Position numbers and translations under genes: made by a program. A model generated the notes under the pieces. It worked only from the letters and a program-made list of their open reading frames with translations. It was not told where the DNA came from and did no database searches. Of a stretch of DNA of 9,858 bases, positions 1 through 7,185 are shown one piece after another. This stretch comes from Octopus sinensis (Eukaryota): positions 1 through 9,858 of the forward strand of contig NW_021827814.1 of the NCBI RefSeq assembly GCF_006345805.1. Direction: 5' to 3'. Numbering within the stretch: the stretch's first letter is position 1; the number at the start of each line of letters is the position of its first letter.

Positions 1-35
1 TATTTAGTGGAACCGTTGTCTCTTTCTGAAAGTAT

Positions 36-56
36 AAAAAAAAAAAAAAAAAAAAA
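36..56. repeat. Poly(A) run (A21)
   Basis: 21 consecutive A, seen directly. Confidence 0.95.
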
Positions 57-396
57 GAGTAAAGCAAAATGTCGTTGATAGAGGCCAGAGGTAATTAAAA
101 TAAATAATTAAAAAGCAACGATAGTTGTAGAAGCCTGAAGCCACATTTTAAAATCATGTAAAAGGCAGATCACATTAAAATCAATATTTGTGAAATATTA
201 AACACTTGTCAGATCTTAGAATAACAACTTTTGCCTCTTACCACCTCCACCTCTACCACAAACAGTACCACGTCCCGACCAACACCAACACAGCCACTAC
301 CAGGTCTTGGCTGTCAGACATCTATTTAGTAACACTACGCTATTCTGACCAGGCAAAATATACATTATATATTATTTGATAGTCTTTATTTTAACA

Positions 397-482
<86 letters not shown>

Positions 483-519
483 CTTATCTATCTATATATC
501 TATCTACCTACCTACCTAC

Positions 520-552
<33 letters not shown>

Positions 553-573
553 GACTATCTATCTATCTATATC

Positions 574-659
<86 letters not shown>

Positions 660-662
660 TAT
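397..662. repeat. (TATC)n microsatellite followed by (TA)n
   Basis: Near-perfect TATC array 397-625 with a few TACC/TATA variants, then TA repeats. Explains ORF 376..696. Confidence 0.98.
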
Positions 663-746
663 ACATGCACATGATTATATAGGTTTGGCGATTTAAACAA
701 GAAAAATAGAACTCAAAATAAGTATATGTATAATTTTATTATTATT

Positions 747-965
747 ACGGAGATGTACTTGCATAGCGAGTGACTTGATCTGAGATCGTGTGCTGGAACG
801 AAAACAATTGCAGCGTGGAAGGTGTTTGTAAGCCATTTAAGAAACACACAAAACCGTTAGATTCATTTCAACATTTAAATTTAATTTGTCAAAATATTTT
901 CGTCGCTTTTAGACCGCGACCTGTTCACTGACAAAACATCGTGCTGCATTCCAGTACGATGTTTT
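747..965 (-). mobile_element. Probable Penelope-like element terminal (pseudo-LTR-type) fragment carrying a hammerhead-like fold
   Basis: Starts abruptly after a (TTA)n run (736-746) and contains a minimal type I hammerhead fold at 885-935. Such folds are typical of PLE pseudo-LTRs. Boundaries are approximate and the element may extend to about 1170. Confidence 0.45.
885..935 (-). ncRNA. Minimal type I hammerhead ribozyme-like motif, variant core (G3-C8 swap, extra G after A9)
   Basis: Minus strand reads UUUGUCA-GUGAACA-G-GUCGC-GGUCUAAAA-GCGAC-GAA-AAUAUU-U-UGACAAA: 7-bp stem I, 5-bp stem II closed by G-C, GAAA, palindromic stem III AAUAUU, predicted cut between 892 and 891. Confidence 0.6.
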
Positions 966-1384
966 ATCTCAATAAAAATTTGTCTCAATAAAAATTTGAC
1001 AGGAATAACGGAACCAAAAAGAAAAAAAATATGAATGATAGACCTTCACAAGAAAATAAAGCAGTGAAGCTGCTGGACAAACGTCCGTTCTCCATGCGGA
1101 CATCAGTCCATTAGGACAACACCAAATACCTCCTCCAACAAACAACTGATGTTACATTTCACTAAGCGCAAACGTGGCCTTCCCCCCCCCCAATAATAAC
1201 TTGATTCCCAACCACATGGTTCCGAGTTCAGTCTCACTGCGTTGCACCTTGGGCAGGTGTCTTCTACTATATCTTAAGGCTGACCAAAGGCTTGTGAGAG
1301 GATTTGGTCGACGGAAACTGAAAGAAGCCCGCAAACAGAAAGAATTCACATGCACACATGTGTGTGTGTATATATATATATATA

Positions 1385-1594
1385 ACGGGAAGCTTTATGA
1401 AAATAAACAAAAGACGAAGGCAGGTGGAATACAAACAAAAATTTGAATTAGTATGGCGCTCGGGAATATAAATAAAACAAGTCTTTTACGTTTCGAGCCT
1501 ACGCTCTTCAACAGAAAGATACACAGAAAAGAAACACGGAGAGAAACAAGGAGAGAAAAGAAATGCGTGCAGAAGCTAGCGAATCAACATGGCG
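1385..1594 (-). mobile_element. Probable Penelope-like element terminal fragment inserted in a (TA)n tract
   Basis: 210-bp block absent from the other two family A copies, flanked on both sides by (TA)n, and containing a minimal hammerhead fold at 1482-1519. Confidence 0.55.
1482..1519 (-). ncRNA. Minimal type I hammerhead ribozyme-like motif, variant core (U at position 6, extra A after A9)
   Basis: Minus strand reads UCUUU-CUGUUGA-A-GAGC-GUAG-GCUC-GAA-ACGU-A-AAAGA: 5-bp stem I, 4-bp stem II, loopless palindromic stem III ACGU, GUA triplet, predicted cut between 1487 and 1486. Confidence 0.68.
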
Positions 1595-1625
<31 letters not shown>

Positions 1626-2073
1626 CGCGTGTGTATATCTGTGTCTGTGTGTGTTTTTTTTGTGACTGTATTTGTCCCCCACAGCCGCTTGACAACCGGT
1701 GTCGCAGTGTTTATGTCCTCGTAATTTAGCGCTTCGGTTAAAGTGACAAATAGTTGAAGTACGAAAAATAAAAAAAATAAGTACTAGGGTCGATTCATTC
1801 GTATAAAAGTTCTTGAAGTCGATGCCCCAGCATGGCCACAGTCTGATGACTGAAACAGGTAAAACATAAAAGATAAAAGACAGAAACCGCCAACATTTAC
1901 GTTCATATTCTTGACTCATCTCTGTTGATCCGGATGTCTGGATTGTCTCTGACGAAGGTTCTTTACTTAAACTGACCACCCAGCCGACTCCCTGAATGGA
2001 ACTCAATCCCAGCCCACATCATCCCTATAAATGCCGAAACTGATTATCAATCGCATTGATGTTACAATTCTTG

Positions 2074-2465
2074 GATGTGGAGGCGCAATGGCCCAGTGGT
2101 TAGGGCAGCGGACTCGCGGTCGTAGGATCACGGTTTCGATTCCCAGGCCGGGCGTTGTGAGTGTTTATTGAGCGAAAACACATAAAAAGCTCCACGAGGC
2201 TCCGGCAGGGGATGGTGGTGATCCCTGCTGTACTCTTTCACCACAACTTTCTCTCACTCTTACTTCCTGTTTCTGTTGTACCTGTATTTCAAAGGGCCGG
2301 CCTTGTCACTCTCTGTGTCACGCTGAATATCCCCGAGAACTACGTTAAGGGTACACGTGTCTGTGGAGTGCTCAACCACTTACACGTTAATTTCACGAGC
2401 AGGCTGTTCCGTTGATCGGATCAACCGAAACACTCGTCGTCGGAACCGACGGAGTGCTTCCATCC
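2074..2465 (+). mobile_element. SINE family B, full-length tRNA-derived copy with 10-bp TSD
   Basis: A box TGGCCCAGTGG (2089-2099), B box GGTTTCGATTCCC (2132-2144), TSD ACAATTCTTG at 2064-2073 and 2466-2475. A closely similar second copy lies at 9633-9858 on the minus strand. Confidence 0.9.
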
Positions 2466-3880
2466 ACAATTCTTGAAAAACTTGAAAGTGCCATAAGTAT
2501 CGTGCCTCCTTCTTTGACTAACTCATACGAAAATAAAAGAAGAACCACATGGAACATTAGAGAATGGAACTGTTTATTATGAATATTTGAATATCAGATT
2601 TTATTTTTTCTATTTTTTATTTTTTCACCATTCTTCGATTTGTTCCGTTATCAGATGATTTCAAAATCAGTAAAAGTCGATAAAACATGTCACTGATTCA
2701 TTGGAATTGGTTATTTATTTGAAAATCTAAACAAAATAGTCTTGCAGAGTGGCAGGAGCAGCAGAGACAACGACAGATTGAATGTCTTGCTATATTTCGT
2801 TAGATTCATTATTTGCAGAGGTCACCTCTCGCCGAAGATATTTTCGGCTCGATTCATTCGACTTTAATAATTTCCTGCCAATTTGTGGCCTCGGGCCAAT
2901 ATTAATAATCAATACTTAACATAGGAAAAAGAAAAAGAAGTAAATTTCTATTTGAATAACGCTAACTATTTTGAAATATCTGTTTAGATCGTCCACTGTT
3001 TACAGGAGATGTAAGAGAAGTGATGATTTCTAGCATCAATAATTAATACCAGCAGGCAAGATAACCTTTTCACATCAACCTCTCAATCCTAACTTGTAAA
3101 ATTCTATGTTCGTTTATAAAATGTTCACTGATCAAAGCGGAAAATTACAACATCGTGTCTCACTGATGAGCGTCAACAAAGATCACGTTTCCTCGAAGCA
3201 TAAAAATTCAATTTTCGGTAAAATTAATTCTTAATTTCTGTAAATTGTCTCCCTTTTATTTCAAGCATTACCAAAAATTACCGCTTGTTTTTGTTCTCTG
3301 AATAAGAATCATTTTTTTTTTTTGCATACAACTACTAGAATTATCCAAATTCCTCGAACAATTTCAGCTATTAATCTGAGCATTTTTAGCATCCTTTTCT
3401 TTTGTTTTCTTTTTTTTTTTGTAAATTCTGGAAATTATACTGAATAAAATTTTTCGAAGCTGTTATTTTTATTCACAAAAAATCTCTGTCAAAGATCGAA
3501 TCAGGAATCAGGCTTGAAGAAGACTATGCTTTACTGACGACACAGAAATATGTTCATTATTGTCAGTTTACCTTCAAAGATCAAATTCTAATCCAAAGTT
3601 TCAAATCTTAATATTCTTGAAATTCTAAAGTCATTATTGTTTTGAAATTATCTTCTCTTCCCTACGAGAATTGTTATCAATTACTGTCATGTTTTTGTTT
3701 TTATTCTCCAACAAAGTGATAAATTCATTAAGAACTATTTTGTGTATGTTATACGGTATATCATCATCTAACCAATTTCTTTCTTTCATTCTTAACATTG
3801 CCTGCGAATCCTACGTCAGGTCTTACATGAACACTCCTTCTCTTACCGTTGATCCCGTAATCGCTGCCATTACGGTACTA

Positions 3881-4021
3881 TTAGGTTGTCCCAAAAGTTC
3901 GTAAACACTTGCGAAAATTGAATTTTTACTCGCCAAGTACTAACAAAAACAACAAAAATTATTCCTCAAAATAAAGACCATTATTTTCCAAGACTTTCTA
4001 CGAACTTTTTGGACAACCTTA
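3881..4021. mobile_element. 141-bp Tc1/mariner-type MITE
   Basis: 23-bp TIRs with 21/23 match (TTAGGTTGTCCCAAAAGTTCGTA at 3881-3903; reverse complement of 3999-4021 is TAAGGTTGTCCAAAAAGTTCGTA), flanked by TA at 3879-3880 and 4022-4023. TTAGGTTG ends are typical of mariner elements. Confidence 0.87.
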
Positions 4022-4410
4022 TATTATCATCAATATTAACGATTTCTAGTCTTGTTACTCTTACTTCATTTGAATTCGCCATTGAGAATTGATGGAAGAA
4101 GTTTCGTGGGACTATGGATTTCACAAGTGGTCCCCAACAATCCCGCATGTAGAGACATCCTGTTTGCCTCAGATTGTCCGCAGACGCAGGGACAGAACGA
4201 CCGAGGTGCCGCCGGTTGCCGAGACAGACACTCTGAGGATCTGACCGACGGACCTCTCGTTGAATGTGATTTGTGGGTGACACGCTTACAGAAAAACTCT
4301 CACTTTGCAACGGCTAGGTTTCAGGTTCGGTACTTCTTCCACAAAGCCACGAATCCATCAATAACTTCTGAGTAAAAACTGTAGAAGGGTACTGTACGGA
4401 CGCCCCAAGT

Positions 4411-4592
4411 TCACACATACATAGACTCACACACAGACACAGATACACAGACACACATACACACATACACTCACACTCACGCACACTCACGCACATACAC
4501 GCATAGATACACATATATATATATGCATATTTTTGTGTGCGTGTGTGTATATATGCTCAAGTGAATGTGTGTGTGTGCGTGCGTCGCGCACA
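4411..4592. repeat. Compound (CA)n/(TA)n/(TG)n microsatellite
   Basis: Seen directly. Explains most of ORF 4314..4514. Confidence 0.93.
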
Positions 4593-4598
4593 TATGCG

Positions 4599-4802
4599 TA
4601 TTTGTCTGTAATTGGCTCTGTTGACACTGAGTAGAACACTGGTATCTCTGTTTATGTCCGATAATTATCGCTTATTATAATAAAGCGATACGACAATAAG
4701 AGATCGCTAAAAGATCCACATCACTTAAAAGTAACCGCCGTACTTGGTACGATCGACTAAACAGCCACCTTTATGGTTGCGTGCTCCAGCATGACCGCAG
4801 TC
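4599..4802 (+). mobile_element. Strongly diverged right arm of a family A-related SINE
   Basis: Follows a TG tract and retains TTGAC, GTTTATGTCC, TCGACTAA and GTGCTCCAGCATGACCGCAGTC (4781-4802) in family A order. Confidence 0.45.
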
Positions 4803-4820
4803 CACTGAGTAAGACTAATA

Positions 4821-5284
4821 GTGGCTGTGTGGTAAGTAGCTTGCTAACCAACCACATGATTCCGGGTTCAGTCCCACTGCGTGGCATCTTGGGCAAGTGT
4901 CTTCTGCTATAGTCCCGGGCCGACCAATGCCTTGTGAGTGGATTTGGTAGACGGAAACTGAAAGAAGCCTGTCGTATATATATATATATATATATATATA
5001 ATATGTGGTGTGTTTGTGTGTGTGTTGTGGTGTGTGTGTGTGTGTGTTGTGGTGTGTCTGTTTTTGTGTGTCTGTGTGTCTTGTTTGTCCCCTAGCATTG
5101 CTTGACAACCAATGCTGGTGTGTTTACGTCCCCGTCACTTAGCGGTTCGGCAAAAGAGACCGATAGAATAAGTACTGGGCTTACAAAGAATAAGTCCCGG
5201 GGTCGGTTTGCTCGACTGACTAAAGGCGGTGCTCCAGCATGGCCGTAGTCAAATGACTGAAACAAGTAAAAGAGTAAAAGAGTA
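4821..5284 (+). mobile_element. SINE family A copy 2 (most intact): tRNA-like head, internal TA/TG microsatellite, (GTAAAAGA)n tail
   Basis: A-box-like GTGGCTGTGTGGTAAG, B-box-like GGGTTCAGTCCC, CORE-like TCTTGGGCAAG segment, microsatellite about 4975-5080, right arm shared with copies 1 and 3. No clear TSD. Confidence 0.9.
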
Positions 5285-5437
5285 TCTGTAGGTTGAATTT
5301 GCAAGGGAAGACGCTGAAAGGAAGGGTTTCGTTTTTCTGGAGGACGTATTAATGTAAAACATTCACCGCAGGTTCAAGTCTCCGTGTGGTCTTTGTTATT
5401 TGATGGTTGCACCATTCCGCGTCATTTCTAAGAAACC

Positions 5438-5560
5438 AGAGAGAGAGAGAGACAGAGGAAGAAAGAAAGAGAGAGAGAGAGAGAGAGAGAGGGAGCAAGA
5501 AAGAAAGAGAGAGAGAGGGAGCAAGAAAGAAAGAGAGAGAGAGAGGGAGGAGGCAGAGAT
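5438..5560. repeat. (GA)n/(GAAA)n purine microsatellite
   Basis: Seen directly. Explains parts of ORFs 5349..5573, 5396..5674 and 5400..5699. Confidence 0.95.
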
Positions 5561-5675
5561 AAAAAAACAACACATCGTTGTTGAGTCTAAAATGAAATTA
5601 TTCCTGTTTCTTTTCAATGCAATTTTGAATATAATTGGCGTAACGTCTTTCATCGTTGCGTTTGTCATCGCCATT

Positions 5676-5683
5676 GCTGCTGT

Positions 5684-5719
<36 letters not shown>

Positions 5720-5729
5720 TTGCTGCTAT

Positions 5730-5770
<41 letters not shown>

Positions 5771-5790
5771 TTGCTGTTGTTGTTGTTGTT
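5676..5790. repeat. Compound (GTT)n/(GCT)n trinucleotide repeat
   Basis: Seen directly. Confidence 0.95.
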
Positions 5791-5918
5791 CTTTAGCACC
5801 AAAAGGTGAAACTGATTCGCCCTGTTCAGTTTCGATTAATTTCATAAATATCTTCAAGAATATATGTTGTTGACAGAAACAATTTCTGACCGATGTTATC
5901 ACTTTTTACCATTTTGCT

Positions 5919-5985
5919 CAGACACACACACACACACACAACACACACCCCCACAATGTATGTATGTATATATATATATATATCT

Positions 5986-6016
<31 letters not shown>

Positions 6017-6139
6017 TATACACACACACACAACATAATATATATATATATATTACACACACACACACACATATTATATATATAATACATATAAATGTAC
6101 ATACATACATACATTTATATATATATATATATATATAAA
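5919..6139. repeat. Compound (CA)n/(TA)n/(TACA)n microsatellite
   Basis: Seen directly. Explains ORFs 5826..6341 and 5864..6085. Confidence 0.95.
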
Positions 6140-6320
6140 TTATATCAAATCCGTTCTGTCTGTCTGTGTGTGTGTCTTCTAGGATATCGGGCGTCTTCCA
6201 TCCGATTGCGCTCAAATTTGATATGTAGATACCGACGGTATCAGGGCGTGTATAAGTCTTGAAAAAATTACAAAAATCGATTCCAGGTGAGAATGCGATC
6301 AATAAAGCCGTGGGAACGTG
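6140..6320 (+). mobile_element. Possible non-autonomous Helitron-type repeat
   Basis: Order of (CTGT)n, CCGATTGCGCTCAAATTTG and 3' AAAGCCGTGGG recalls invertebrate non-autonomous Helitrons. No clear terminal hairpin plus CTAG, so support is weak. Confidence 0.28.
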
Positions 6321-6467
6321 CACTTGCACACGCAAGGACATCAGCTCTTGCGATCGATACTACACATACGCGAGAACAATGCACGTGCAGTTTGCGCAAA
6401 AAAGTCAAGGAGCAGGGGATGTTGTTTGACGTGCTAACAATTCCATTCCTCTAAACTACTGCCCAAG

Positions 6468-6603
6468 ACTGGAATTTGCTTAATCGACCCTGAAATAACG
6501 AATGGCAAAGTTGACCTCAAAAGGGTTTGAGCCCAGAGCTCAGAGAATCGAGAGAAATAATGTGAGGCGTTGTATCCAACACACTTGACGACTCTGCTAG
6601 TTC
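6468..6603 (-). mobile_element. Old diverged SINE family C copy
   Basis: ACTGG..TTAATCGACCCTGAAA..ATGGCAAAGTTGACCTC..TTTGAGCCCAGA..GAAATA..CTCTGCTAGTTC is colinear with 7806-7940. Confidence 0.62.
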
Positions 6604-6749
6604 TTCATCTGTCTGTCGTATATACGTTTTCACTTCTTAAGTTTGACACGTCGTTGTACCGATGATACAAAACGGAGACGATGATTAAAGGAACCAAAAA
6701 AAAAAAACGTCTGAGGCCTTACAATAAAAACTTTGCCCTCTCCCTCTTT

Positions 6750-6830
6750 CCACCACAACCACTGCCGTCACCACCATCGCCATCGCCGCTGCTTTAACCA
6801 CCACCACCACAACCACCACCAAAACCACCA
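6750..6830. repeat. Degenerate (CAC/CAA/CAT)n trinucleotide repeat
   Basis: Seen directly. Explains the His-rich and Trp-rich ORF segments. Confidence 0.88.
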
Positions 6831-7053
6831 AGCCTTGGCCATCTTCTCTTCGTTTTGTGTAAAGTTTTGTTTGACATGTGATTTGATGCCATTTCTATTA
6901 TCAGTCGATGTAAATAGAGAAGGCTGGATGAATTTCATGTATTGGAATTTCATGTATTGGAAACATTCTTCTACCAAGATTTATAAGTCTTCTTTGCTTT
7001 GTCGCTGTTTGGACTTTCACAACCAGAATGTCATCAGCATACAAAGCTGTATT
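6829..7053 (-). mobile_element. Decayed non-LTR reverse transcriptase fragment
   Basis: Minus strand ALYADDILV (YADD at 7041-7030), then frameshifted EDL*ILVEECFQYMKF, then LYTKRREDGQGL (ending 6829), which resembles the post-RT LYxPRxxGGxGL motif. Confidence 0.5.
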
Positions 7054-7185
7054 CTAAAATAGTCGGAGTTAATATTATTACGTTGCAATTAACCAGTCGC
7101 ACGTAAAAATAGTAAGCACCACAATATGACAATGTTTTCATTCTGTAAGTGGCACCAACACTTCGTAAATACAAGAGGTGTCGCG

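Larger units (their letters stand above)
1199..1880 (+). mobile_element. SINE family A copy 1 (5'-truncated head, internal microsatellite interrupted by a 210-bp insertion)
   Basis: Left arm 1199-1331 and right arm about 1660-1880 align by eye with the copies at 4821-5284 and 9126-9607 (CCAACCACATGGTTCC, CCTTGGGCA, GACGGAAACTGAAAGAAGCC, CCAGCATGGCC, TAAAAGA tail repeats). Confidence 0.82.
1890..4310 (-). mobile_element. Highly decayed ORF of a probable Penelope-like retroelement (N-terminus to RT), interrupted by a MITE and a SINE
   Basis: Motifs in PLE order on the minus strand: YMRDC...IVPRNF (4151-4098), KI*NFGLEF (3609-3583), DVVIFRFDQ* (3154-3125), IDFY (2681-2670), FGIYRDD[+2 nt]GLGL (2038-2004). 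The frame of ORF 3981..4310 continues across the MITE once it is excised. Many stops and frameshifts; motif matching is by eye and the downstream boundary is approximate. Confidence 0.5.

Noticed and set aside
36-56. Poly(A) as the tail of a retrocopy
   Set aside because: No recognisable element body, polyadenylation signal or TSD within the 35 bp visible upstream.
376-696. ORF 376..696 and the other low-complexity ORFs (4314, 4815, 4907, 5349, 5396, 5400, 5826, 5864, 6733, 9330)
   Set aside because: Translations are direct read-outs of TATC, CA, TA, GA or CAC microsatellites and SINE bodies, with no protein features.
1949-1975. Third hammerhead candidate (CTGACGA...AAAC) on the plus strand
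   Set aside because: G12 is missing, stem II is weak, and there is no stem I partner or palindromic stem III.
2074-2150. tRNA gene (also the heads at 4821, 7940 and 9126)
   Set aside because: A and B boxes are present but there is no acceptor stem closure or T-run terminator, and the sequence runs into dispersed repeat bodies, so these are SINE heads.
4170-4285. Cadherin-like peptide (SVGQILRVSVSAT) on the minus strand
   Set aside because: Bounded by stops and lacks the DxD and DxNDN calcium-binding motifs or splice context.
4052-4375. Plus-strand ORF as a gypsy integrase (MDF, RLQKNSHF, PSITSE)
   Set aside because: Motif spacing is wrong and MDF is in another frame. The minus-strand PLE reading explains the region better.
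5676-5790. Polyglutamine-coding exon on the minus strand
   Set aside because: No splice sites or protein-like flanks; such tracts are common in non-coding DNA of this kind.
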